Below are positions 49,588-61,799 of a stretch of 64,000 bases of DNA, in pieces. Position 1 is the first letter of the stretch. Every line of letters begins with the position of its first letter. Below the pieces are notes generated by a model, which was given only the letters and a program-made list of their open reading frames with translations, was not told the DNA's origin and did no database searches. Made by a program: the position numbers and the translations under genes. Source of the DNA: Euglena gracilis. Lineage: Eukaryota. The stretch is taken from the NCBI GenBank assembly GCA_039621445.1, contig CP154954.1, positions 20,570,642 to 20,634,641 on the forward strand, read 5' to 3'.

Positions 49588-49822
49588 CCCCCCCCCCGGG
49601 AAACTGTCAAGCCCGAGAACCTGTCAGGGGTCCCGAAACTCTCAGGCTCCCCACTCCTGGCCAACCTGTCAGTGCACGAAGTTGTTAGGGTCCCTGGCAC
49701 CGTCCAACCTGTCATGGGTTTTTTTTCTTTCATTGCTCTTTCCTTGAAATGCCCAACCTGGGAAACTGTCAGGGCCTTTGGTACCGGCCGACCTGTCAGG
49801 TGACAGTTTCCCAGGGGGAGGG
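49588..49822. mobile_element. TA-flanked MITE, third copy
   Basis: Same TIR, TA on both sides. Confidence 0.75.
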
Positions 49823-50989
49823 TAGGCAGGTAGGTGAATCCCCCTCCGAGGAACCCGCGGGTTTCACCTCTTCGAAATATTTTTGACATTTTTATCCAAT
49901 CAATAAAGTCAGGTGCAAAACTGTTTGTGACGTGTTTCAAATTTTTGAGATGCTGTTGTCAGTATGTTTCCATTTTTTTTTTATCTGGTGGGAAGTTTTC
50001 GAAGGAATGGCCACTTTAGTGTGGACCTGTCAGGCTTGGGACGTTGGCCTCCAGGATTGTATTTCCGACCTGGTCTTAAAGGAAGCTGGCCTCCCCCTAA
50101 TCTTTTGCCAATTAGCCTACAACTCCAAAAGAAGAACATGGGATAAAATTTTTGGGAAACCATTGATTTTCTGAAGAAAATTTCCAAACAAGGACAATCT
50201 TTTCTAAAAAAGTTACCTGGTAATTTTTGTCCAGCGTGCCTTTCCCTCCCCCTTTGGGTTGTCATTTTTCGCACACCAGAAGATTATTTATAAAAAATAT
50301 TTGTGAAATGATAAATGAAATGAATGACAAATGAAAGAATGAAAGAAATAATATGATAAATGAAATAAATGATGAATGAAATAAATAAATGTGGGGTTAT
50401 ATGCAATCCATTTGCAATGCAAAATTTGCAAAAAAAACACCATTGGCCATTTTTTAAAGCTTTGAATTGCCTTTTTGTCAAAACAAAACTTGAAAACAAG
50501 TGAAAAAAACCACCATTTTTTCGTGAACCGTTGCATTTTCCAATATTTTTTAAAAATCAAAAAATTCTCGCAATTTTTGTTTCCAGGAATTCTTGTCTCC
50601 ACTGCAGGTCAACAAGGGGAGATTACAATTGAGGGGTGTTGATTTTTTCAAATCTAGTGTCTACCATCTCAATGAATTAGAAAGGCTGCCAGTCACACGT
50701 ACACCACGGTTCGCAATGCCGCAGTGTTCCAGGCAGGGCCGCTCCGTGACATTGGCCAACTCCAGTGCAAAACCCAGTCCTTCTGGTCCTGTATGTGGGC
50801 GTACCCTCCCCCAGAACACGTGGAGGTTTCCAATCAGTCAGTATTATTGTGAGAAGTTGTTTTATTTTCTTTATGATCTCCGTACGTAGGCACCTGCAAG
50901 GCTTATATCATATTGGTATATTGGTATATTGGTATCATATCATCTCATGTCATGTGATGTCATTGACATGTGATGTCATGGCATGCCAT

Positions 50990-51152
50990 GCCATATCATG
51001 TCGTATCATATCATGTCATATCATATCATATCATATCATATCATATCGTATCATATCATATCATATCATATCATATCATATCATATCATATCATATCATA
51101 TCATATCATATCATATCATATCATATCATATCATATCATATCATATCATATG
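50990..51152. repeat. (ATATC)n pentanucleotide repeat
   Basis: Read directly. Confidence 0.9.
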
Positions 51153-51559
51153 ATATCATTATTGTGTCGTGTTTCATTTTCGGTCAGCAGCACCAAAAAG
51201 TTTTAGATCCAAAATTGACCCCCCCCCAAATGTGCCCCCCCCCCGCCCCAAGGGTGGTTGAGTGACTGGGTGCCGACCAACGATTTGTTTGCCCCCCCCC
51301 GGGGGGTGGGTGGGTGGCTTTTGAGAGCGGATGGGTGGGTTGGGGGCCAATGGGTGGGCGAGTTGGGATCCAGGGGTGTGGTACACCCTCCAAACCCCCC
51401 CCCCAAAGTTTGTCTGATTTTGGGTGAATTTTGGGTGGGTGGGTGGGTGGGTGGGTGTATTCGGGGTAGTGTGGGTGGGTTTTCAAAAAAGTGATGGGTT
51501 GCAGATAAAAGTGACGGGTGGCCTGCAGATAAGTTCTTCCTTCCAAGGGAGACCTGTGG

Positions 51560-51817
51560 CAGGGGTTTTTTTAGTCGTGGACCCCGGGGGTGTGTGGGTG
51601 GGTCCGGCCGAGCCCCCCCCAGGGGGGTTCCCCCGGAGGGGGGTGGGATATACTTTTCGGCGCCGAAGGCACCGAAAATTTTTGAAAAAGTGCTATTATT
51701 AGCACTTTTCGCGATTTTTCGGCCTTTTTTTTTTGTGGGTCCCCCGGGACCCCCCCGGGGACCCCCCCCAGGGGGTGGGTGGGTGGGGGGACCCCCCGGA
51801 CTTTAAAAAAACCACTG
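51560..51817. mobile_element. hAT-like MITE
   Basis: CAGGGGTTTTTTTAGTC...GACTTTAAAAAAACCACTG; perfect 8-bp TSD ACCTGTGG. Relatives at ~24933-25145 and 59850-60121. Confidence 0.85.
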
Positions 51818-52367
51818 ACCTGTGGTGCCGACCCCACGTGTGTCCTAAAAAGCCCCAACAAGCGCACGTGTGGACGCCCAGCTGGTGCGGCCCTTGCCCC
51901 GACCTCCTCCTTATCCAACGGATGAAGGCCTCCGACAAGTCCTTCACCCTGTACCGGCGGACGCTCCTGTCCTCGGCCCAACTGCAACAGTACGCCGAGA
52001 AGAACAGGGCCGGGCTTTCTTTCGGCTCCAGTTCGCCAAAACTCGGACTCAGTGCCAGAGACCATATCACTATCTGCCATTTACGGCACGTGGCCGGTGA
52101 GTTCCAAGGTCCTGGTGGTTCCCGCCCCCAGAAAGTTGTCACCTTTGTCCCGTATCACCTGACTTGTGATGTTGGAAAGTCCACTTAGAAGCCTCCTTGG
52201 GCACTTATTGACGGACCTGTCAGGTGTAATGTACCAGGTCAACTTCCTCGAAATGGTTTCCCTGTGCAGTTTCATACCCCCCCCCCCGTCAAAACACCAG
52301 CCACCCCCTCCGGTTCTCATCATTCCGGGGGTCGAGGGGGGGGGGTCGCGGGGGGGGGGGGGTCGAT

Positions 52368-52630
52368 GGGCATCATGGATCATGATGGGCATCATGGGTC
52401 ATGATGGGCATCATGGGTCATGATGGGCATCATGGGTCATGATGCGCATCATGGGTCATGATGCGCATCATGGGTCATGATGACCATCATGGGTCATGAT
52501 GCGCATCACGGGTCATGATGGCCATCATGGGTCATGATGGGCAGGATGGGTCATGATGGGCATCATGGGCCATGATGGGCATCATGGGCCATGATGCGCA
52601 TCATGATGATGGGCATCATGCGTCATGATC
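52368..52630. repeat. 19-bp tandem repeat (GGGCATCATGGGTCATGAT)
   Basis: Read directly; degenerate copies. Confidence 0.9.
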
Positions 52631-55600
52631 CCTCTCTTTTGGTTCTTAGGGTTCTTAGACAAGGGGAGGGGGTAACTTTCAGTGTGCAACCAGGATGTTG
52701 GAATTGGGTTGGTGGCGGCCCATCCCTGGCGCCAAAGCAGTTCATCTGGTCGGGCTTCACGTCCACCAGCCTCCAGGACAGCAATCCAACCTTCGGACCT
52801 CATCTCTTCGTCATCACGATCCCACGTGATCAAGCAACCACTTTTCATTTTCCCATTTTCCTATTTTCCTGCCTCGTAATTCATCTTTTTGACAAATTTC
52901 CCACAAGTTTTCTCTCCTGTAGCATGTTCACTTCCTCTGCAATGTGCACCGATGTGTGATGCCTTTCCCAGTGATATTTTCCTTACCCAGATCTTTCCTT
53001 TGTTATGCGGACAGATTTCAAAAGAAAGTGGGGTCCTCTCCTCGCCCAGGGGGTTTCACTGAATCTCCAGTACATGCCCCTGGTCTGCATCCCACCGATT
53101 TGATGAGAGTCGCAGCACGTGCCCGTAGTGGCGCACGTCATTGCTGTGGAGGCTTGCTCTCAAATTCTGTTGCAAGTTGGTAATGCTGAGCACAGTGAGC
53201 TGCTTCTCCCAGGAGGAGGAGGTCTTACTCCCGCCCAGTCAGCCAACCACCACCCAGTCCAAAGCCTGTCTTGGGGAGCTTTGACAAAGGAAGGCTACCA
53301 TTTTTGCATAAAATAAGTGGCCTTGGGTGCGTGGTGTCCGTGATTGCCGTAACCCTGCGCAGCAATGAGGTTCACGGACTGCATGCCAATGACGGTGATA
53401 TGAACCCATCTCATTGCCCTCTCCATTTCAAGCTCTTCAGTTCTCTCCAAGCCCATCTTCAACGTCCCCCTTGGGATGGGATACCAGGTGGGTGGATAGG
53501 TGCCGCCTTCCCTTCTTGGGTTCCCTGCCTGCTTGGGTGCAACCTTGGTTTCGTCGTGACGAGCAACCAGCCCAGCAAGTCCCCCGGAACAGAGGTGCAG
53601 ATCTCCATTTCGATGCAGTATGAGGTGCAGGTCAACTGTTCATGAATTGGTGTCCTTGTCAACCTATGCCCGGTATTTCCCCCATCAGGATAATGGCTTG
53701 TCGTTTGCAATCATTTTCCTTGTTGCCATTTGACTTGACGTGTCAACGTTCAGAAGTAACTGGCACCAGTGCTTCAATGATGACATTTGAAAGGATGGGC
53801 ATGGACCAATGGGGTGGTGCCTAGAGAATGCTGGGATAGGGAGGGAAGGTAAGAGTGAGGTGCTGCTAAAGCAATTCCACCTTGAATGAAGGCTCCAGAA
53901 GTTCTTTGTTTTGAAAGAATGCTTATGATTCATAAAGTTCAGCCGTTTTGTGTTTAAACGTAGCAAATCTTCCGGGTCGGAGGTGCTGGTTGGTTTTCAA
54001 AAAGTGAACCTTGCTGGAGGAATGGTATGCCACCAACCAGGTCAACACTATAATATAAGCTCCGCGTCTGTGGTCTGTGCCAGCCTTTTCCGCTACCCAG
54101 ACCAGGAGATGGGGCCTGGGAGAAAAGGCCGCTCGATTTTTTTCCAGTCCCCTCTCTATTCCTTGATCCATCTGATTCGGTCCAGTGTCCTTTGAAAGCC
54201 ATTGGCTACATTTACCCACCGCACAGAGCTGTGAAAGGCAGCTGAAAGACAATTTGGACTTCCTGAGCTGTCCATTTGTGTTTAAGTTCTTCAGTGGTTT
54301 GTTGGGGCTTCTGTAGGGGCAATACAAAATGACCCAAATGCTGGATTCTGGTTCAAGGTATACCCTTCCTAGTTCCTGTTATTTCCCAAAGCTCCAACAC
54401 CCTTGATAACAACCACCCCATAATTCTTGCCCATCCTGGAAACACTTTTTGGTTCATTTCCATTAAAAACCTTCAAATTCGATGTTATTGAACTTCAACA
54501 GGTTGACTTGGTGACATTGCCAATTTTTTTCATTGTAATGCCTTCAATTGGAACAATGATCCCCGAAAAAAAATTTCCGATGCAAGCGTAGTTTTGGTCC
54601 TTAATTGGCTGAATATTTGTGTAAACTCAAGAAAAAGTTGGGTTGGACAGATAAGGTGGGAAAATTTGGAACAAAGTCGAAGAAGAGGAAAGAAAAGCCG
54701 GTAAGGAGAGAGGCAGCAGGGGGGGTGTCGGAGGGGTGAGCAGGGGGGAGGGGGGGGGGGAGCTGGGTAAGCAAATGGGAGTGAAAGGAATTTCTTGCTT
54801 TTTGTAGGAAAAACTTTTTTTTCTTTGCGCTTCACAAGCCTGGTCCGAACCCGAAATTGCCTGTGTTTTTGTGCTCCCCTCCAGACATGATCCAACAAAT
54901 GTTGAGGAGTGGTGTTCGATGTTCTTGGAATAGTATTGGGGTTAACCCTACACACAGGTTCAGAATTTAGCTCATTTGTGTTTAAAGTTAGACCTAAATT
55001 TAGCCTGAAATTTGGCCCAATTTTGGTCTTAATTTGGCTGAATATTTGTGTAAACTCAAAGAAAAAGGTGGGTTGGACAGACAACTTTGGGGATATCTGT
55101 TGTTCTCAGGAATAGCGCTGGTTATGGTTAAGCCAAATGAACAATCAGGTCGAAGTTAGAGAATTAGATCCCTCACTAAAACATTAGTACCCCGGGATAT
55201 TTTAGGGGTGCCATCTTTTTTTCTTGTGTAACATTTATTTACATCTTTTCTTTCTATACAATCCTCTTCCCCTGGGGTTAAGGCCAATTAGCCTCTTTTT
55301 GATAAATGTCACAACAAATATATTTCTTTCGGCCTGAATTGACAAATTCGGTCTGAGTCTTGCCTAATTTCGGTTTTGATAAAAATGGACCGAAAGTTGG
55401 TTCGAAATTGTAGCCCTAACCCCAGGTCCCACAAATAATAGACTGCAACATTACCCTCCCTCCCTCCTCCAATCCAGACATCCATACATCCAGACCTTTC
55501 CTTCTGCAATAAGGTTATCCTTGTGTTAAAAGTGTCACCAAATATATCCACTCGTTTTCGTTTACGTTGAAAATTCCTTGTCCGCATTATGCAGTACGAC

Positions 55601-56721
55601 GGCTTTCCCCAATGAAGGTTCCCCATGGTCGTTTGGCTGCAGTGACTTCTTCCTTTTTTGTTTCTGGTTGAAAACTCCCATCCTTGTTCAGCATCCCTGT
55701 GCGAAAATGAATCCAACGCACTGTTTGCACCAACAATGCAACACGTGCCCCTGTTGTACCACTGTTTCCTTTTACCTTCATCCACCTGTTACGCACTGCT
55801 TCCGTTTTTTTGCTCTGGTTCTGCTCCTGAAATGGGAGGCCAGAGAGTCTGCAATGGGCAGCAATTCTACACAGTACATGTTATCGCTGTCAAATTGCCA
55901 GCCTCCCCAGAAGATTACAAACCCCAAATATTTTTTCAACCGAAGAAATATAAATATGTATTGCATATACACATGTAATGCACTATATGTGTGTGTTATA
56001 TTTTCGGGACCCACTCTAAACCACTGCACCTGGGAGACCGAAGAGTGTGTGGCTGGTCAATGCATACATATATACATGTATGTATGCATACAGAAAGACA
56101 GACAGACAGACAGACAGATAGACAGACAGACAGACATACGTACGTACGTATATACGAACATGTATTCATTCGGCCAGAAACATATTCATATATGTATGTA
56201 TAGCTATGTATATATACAATATGTGTGTATATATGTATGGCTGCAAGATTTTACTTGCCCCCCCCCGGGGGGGCAAATAGAACCTCCGGGGGGGGGTCCG
56301 GGAAGCATCCTTGTCCGACCTTTGTGGGAAAGTCGGGATTATTCTTTGGGATAGGGTTAGGGTTCCCGCCAGATTCCCAGAGGGCTCCCCCTTTTGGGAA
56401 TTTTGGGAGACGTTAGGCCGCATTTCAGACCGGGTCCGGCGGAATTTGGGTCGAATTTCGAATAAATCACGACGGAAATGCGACCCAAAATCTTCCCCAA
56501 ACAGCGACCTAAGTAATATATATATATATATATATGTATATATGTGTGTGTGTATATTGGATATATATACATGTATATGTGTGTAAATTTATATATACAT
56601 ATATATATATACATACATACATACATATATATGTATATATACATATACATGTATATATACATATATATGTATGTATGTATATACATATATGTATATATGT
56701 ATATATATACATATATATATA

Positions 56722-57228
56722 TACACTTTACTTGGGCCCCCCGGGGGGGTTCCAAGTAAAGACTCCAGGGGGGGTCCGGGTAGTATACCCCGGGTCCGAC
56801 CTTGCCCCCGTTTCGGCCCGGTGGGGCCCCGGAAGGGTGCGGATCCGAACCGAATCGGTCGGATCCGGGGAGATTTAACCCTTAATTTGAGGAATAGGGT
56901 TAGGGTTCGGATCGGCCGCCAAAAATTGGCACCTTTTCGGGACGAAGTTCGGCCGGAGGTTGGCTCGCCGTTTTCGGAAGATTTTTGGGTCGCCCGTTCG
57001 GGGTGATTTTACCGAAAATCCACCCCCATTCGGTCGGAAACCGTCTGGAATGCGGCCGAACCGCCCCCTAAATTCCCAAAGGGGGCCGCCGGGGGTCCGG
57101 TCGCTCACCTAACCCTATTCCCAAAAATAACCCCGAATTCCCCCGCCGGCCGGACCCGGGGTATACTACCCGGACCCCCCCCCCCTGGAGTCTTTACTTG
57201 GACCCCCCGGGGGGCCAAGTAAAGTGTA
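56722..57228. mobile_element. Foldback MITE with ~75-bp TIR inserted in a TA-rich microsatellite
   Basis: 56722-56798 is the reverse complement of 57151-57228; TA-rich tracts on both sides. Related sequence at ~23215-23490 and ~56240-56510. Confidence 0.85.
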
Positions 57229-57404
57229 GCTGCCATGTATATATATGTATATATACATGTATACATATGTATATATACGTATATATATATATATACGTAT
57301 ATATATGTATACATATGTATATACATATGTATATATATGTATATATATATGTATATATTTATATATATATATGTACACACGCACACATATATATAAACAT
57401 ATAC

Positions 57405-57445
<41 letters not shown>

Positions 57446-59849
57446 GGAGTGGATGCAGTACTGGAGTGGACAGAACTGAAGTGGACGCCGCTAATGGGCA
57501 GCAGTACTGGAGTAGACGCCATATTGGAGTGGATGCAGTACTGGAGTGGACAGAACTGAAGTGGACGCCGCTAATGGGTAAACCGTGGCCAACCGGACCC
57601 ATAATGGAGGCTTGGGGTCATGGGCGGGGCAGCCGAGGGGATAGTTTGTCCTTTCCCTGCTTCCCTGCCAGGCCGCCCATTCCATCGTCGCTTCGTTTGC
57701 ACTGTACTCCCCCCCATCGTCCGATCGCACTGCAATCGTTCAGCCCCCACCCCATCCGATGCCTTGTCCCTGTCCCCATCTGTGTTCCGTTCATGCTGCT
57801 TCTGTGGACCAAACAAATCCGTTGAAGCTAGATTCACCTCACCCTGGGGAAACGTTGATCTTTTGGACCGAAAGAAAGGTCCAGGATTCCACCAAAAAAC
57901 CGACACCTCAAACTTAGGTGTGTTTTCAGAATTTCACCAGGCACATCCAATTGGGAAACCTGGCTTTCCCTTGAGGAACTTTTTAGACCCTGCCCCAAAG
58001 TAATTAATAGCCATTGCCGCTGTGGACTGCTGGTCAAAGTCTTGTTGCCTGGCATTATTCATTCCATGTGGAAATGTGCTCAAATTGTACCCAAAATTAT
58101 TACCTGTTTTTTTTTTGAATCCCACTATCATCAGTGCGCTTTTTTATTTTGACGAAAAAACCGTTGTGTAAGTTTCACAAATATTTGCGTTCTAACAGAG
58201 ATGAGGATCTTCTTCAGCGCGGAGGGGGGGTGAGCAAAATGTCCATGTTTGCGGTCATTGTCAGCTGCAAGGTTGCAATTTCTGCTGTTGCCTCCTTGGT
58301 ACCCGCCATCATACACCTCTTTAAGGTTTGCAGATACCCCCCCCCAGGGTGGGGACTGTTGCAGCCAGCCCCAATTTTGGCCCAGCCCAGCCGCACCACC
58401 CAACTGGACGTGTTGCCAAGCCTCCGAAGGTGTTCGTGACTCCTCCGCCCAAAGAGGCAGCCAGGCAGCCTTCTGCCTCGGGAATGCCGAGCCGCAGGAT
58501 GCTGCAGAGATCCACACTAATCCTTCCGGAGGACACGCCTGGTGGCTCCTTCCTGTGGGACGGCCCAGCTTGGGGTGGGGAAGTGCAAGTTGGCAGGGAA
58601 CGTTCAGGCTAACAGCAGTTGAGCTGCACAGGTGGGTTCTTGCGCTGGGCTGTGCTGGAATTCTCTGGTGTGGCATTATCTCGGAAGCAAAAGAGTCCTC
58701 CAAACAGATATTCAGTTGTGTTTATCACCGTCACGTGCTTCACAAAAAACTTTTGGAGTATTATATGTTTATCACCAAATTTTTGCGTAGAAGGCTCCAA
58801 CTTGAAACCCCCTTTCCGGCGCACAATCAAAAGAGAAACACCGAAAATCCAAATTGCGCCGACAAAAAAATGAATAAACATGTGTAAGTGTATGTTTAAA
58901 GCATTGTTTGAATTTTCAATCAGAGCATTGCTACCCCCCCCCCCGCCGGAAACTGTCCTCCACCCCCCCCCCATACCCGCTAACCTGTCCTCATGGGGAC
59001 TTGTCTCTTTCCCTTGTTTCTGCTGACCTATCTCCGAAGAGATTCTTTCTTTAAATTTTTCGAATTTTTTGTTTTTCAGAGGCAACTTCCCGTGTGGAAA
59101 AGAATTCCGAACATTTTCCAGGTTTCTGGTGACATAGTGTGAAAAAAAAACTTTCCAGATCTTTTTTTTGTCAAAAGCGGCCAAAAATGCGGACTCTTTT
59201 TCCTCGGACCCGGACCCACCCGGGAAACTGTCCTAAACCTCAGGTACCCACTGACCTGTCTTTATAGGGACCAGTTTCCCGGGGGGGGGGGTTAGGTACA
59301 CCTTTTCTACATGTCAATAACATCAGACCCAAATTTGTGCTGTCCAGCCCTCCCCAATGTTTTTTGAGCTTTGCCCCCTCCGAGGGCTATCACGGTGGTA
59401 ATCCACCCACGTGGCCGTCTGAACTGTGTGCGGGCTGTGCTATGGCCTGCTTCCACTGCTGTGCACCATTTTCTTCCGACCATATTTGGATGTGTTGTTG
59501 CATCTCCATATGCGCGCAAATGATTGTGGCCCAAGCTCAGCTGCAGCCAAGGAACTTTTGGCTGGGGGGGATGCCTGACGCGCCCTCCTATCCCCCCCCC
59601 CCCGACTCTTGCCCAAGCCCCAAACTTTGTTTAAGCACCTACCGGGTTCTTACCGATGTTTTATTTTTTAAAAAAAGAAATACCTTTTGGAGAAGCATTT
59701 TCATGTGCGTTGCTGTGAGATGATTTTCGAAAATGTGGACATTTCAGAAACGCCTGAGGACTCATTTGAGGATTTTCTCCTGATCTAAATGACCGTAAGT
59801 GAAATGGCTGGCCCTCGAAATTAAGCCAATACCACCCTTGGTTCAGCTG

Positions 59850-60121
59850 CAGGGGGATCTTTTTTTAGTCTTGGACCCCCCGGGGGGGGTAGGGTGGGTG
59901 GGTCTGGCGGAGCCCCCCCCCCCCACCCCTGGGGTGAGGGTCCCCCCAGGGGTGGGATATATATTTTCGGCGAAGGCACTGAAAAAGGTGCTATTTTTGG
60001 CATTTTCACGATTTTTTCCATTTTCGGGGGAACGTGAGTGGGTCCCCTGGGACCCTCCCGCCCCCCCCCCCCTCCAGGGATGGGTGGGTGGGGAGGACCC
60101 CCGGTCTTAAAGGTGCCCCTG
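59850..60121. mobile_element. hAT-like MITE, older copy of the 51560 family
   Basis: Similar body, CAG...CTG ends, decayed TSD TTCAGCTG/TTCAGTCA. Confidence 0.7.
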
Positions 60122-60144
60122 TTCAGTCACCGGCAGGCACCTAC

Positions 60145-60950
60145 GGCCGACCGGGGCCGACCAGGGCCGACCAGGGCCGACCAGGGCCGACTATGGTTTT
60201 CAGGACCCCCGTAGGTGGGGGTTCCGACCAGGGCTGACCAGGGCCGACCAGGGCCGACCAGGGTCGACCAGGGCCGACTTGCATGTGGTTGGCCGACTGA
60301 AGGGGAATGGATGAAGGAATTCGGCAGCTTTGCCTCTGGACCAAGCACCCCTGATGCTGCTGGGCGATGCAGGGCGATGCTGGGTGATGCTGGATTTTTG
60401 GAGACCAGAGGTGGGGTTCCGACGCTGGGCGATGCTGGGCGATGCAGGGTGTTGCTGGTCGATGCTGGGCGATGCTGGCATTTTTTTTTGTATATTTTGA
60501 AGAACTAAACCCATTTTTGGATAATTTTCTCACAAATCTCCAGTTTTACACCCATTTTGGCCATTATGGATCAGTTTTTGCTAATTTGGGGGCTATTTGT
60601 CACTGATTGGGCAAATATTGGGCTAATTTGGGTCAATCTGAGCATTTTTTATGGAATTTTGGCCATTTTGTGCCCTTTTGGTAATTTTGGGTCATTTTTC
60701 ACAATCTTTTGTGGATTTTGTTGGCGTTTTTGGGTAATTTTTGGTTATTTCAAGCCATTTTAGGTCATTTTGGTTGCCTTTGGGGAGCCAATGGAGGCTT
60801 TATGGGGCATTTCTTTTTGATCTTGGCGAAACAATTCAGAAAATCATTGCATCGCTTCACAATTTTTCTGTGACGGATACCCCCACCTATGGCCGACTAT
60901 TTGCCGACCAGGGCCGACCAGGGCCGACCAGGGCCGACCACGGCCGACCA
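60145..60950. repeat. Element carrying clusters of the 10-bp repeat GGGCCGACCA at both ends
   Basis: Clusters at ~60145-60277 and ~60890-60950. Confidence 0.7.
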
Positions 60951-61731
60951 GAGCACCAAAATGGGAGGTGACCATAGGTGCCTGGTCACCGGTTCTTTCC
61001 CAGCAAGGACCTGCCCATGATTGCCTCTGTCCGTCGTGTTCAGTGCGTCACCGATTAGAAGGTGCCATGCTTGAACGCGGATGATGAAAACCTGCAGCCA
61101 TGAAGCCTTCAGCTGCCTGGTCCTCGTTCAAGCAGTCTCGTGCAAGCACATTGATTGTAAATCGATCTTTTTTTTTGGAAAACCGACCGAAACAACACCG
61201 CATTGGATGATCTTAGGCGTGGAATTGTGTATTTCTGCCAAGGATGGAGGCTGGACTCCCCTCCTTTGGGGGCTCCCAGTCCGATTTTTGGGCTGCTGGC
61301 TGGATTTGAGCTGCTGGCTGGCTGGACCCCCCCCCCAGGGATAGGGTCCCCTTCAGCTTAAAACGTCCCCTGATCAGCATGCCGTTGCAACATTTCAGCC
61401 TGGGGGTGACTGACTGGTTTTTTTTCAGAGTGACTGACTGGTTTTCTGGCCAAGAACTCCCAGGGGGTGGGGTAGGCCCAAAAAATGAAAAAGTGGCTTG
61501 CCTGGGAATTTTTTTGTGGTTTTTGAGACTTTTTGGCAAATGTTCATTGCCTCCTGAAGAGTGACCGATCCCCCACCGGGGGGTAAAGTGACTGACTGGT
61601 ATTTTCAGAGTGGAAAGTGACCCCCCCCCCGGGGGGGGTCGCTAAGCAATGGCATGGGCCAGAGCTTCTGAAGAGGTTCAGAGGGCCAGTTCTGTTCTGA
61701 AGCCAACCCAGCGTTGCCCAGGGGTGGGGCG

Positions 61732-61733
<2 letters not shown>

Positions 61734-61764
<31 letters not shown>

Positions 61765-61767
61765 CAG
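61734..61767 (+). promoter_or_regulatory. Putative trans-splice acceptor of gene C (poly-C + GCAG)
   Basis: About 30 C followed by gCAG (61765-61767), 32 nt before ATG 61800. Confidence 0.55.
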
Positions 61768-61799
61768 GCCGCGGCCGCTGCAAGTGATCCCGAGCCCCA

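Larger units (their letters stand above)
51480..54450 (-). pseudogene. Possible decayed coding sequence (non-LTR retroelement remnant?)
   Basis: Broken minus-strand frames with protein-like composition, e.g. RWVHITVIGMQSVNLIAAQGYG at ~53350-53415. No diagnostic motif recognised with certainty. Confidence 0.2.
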
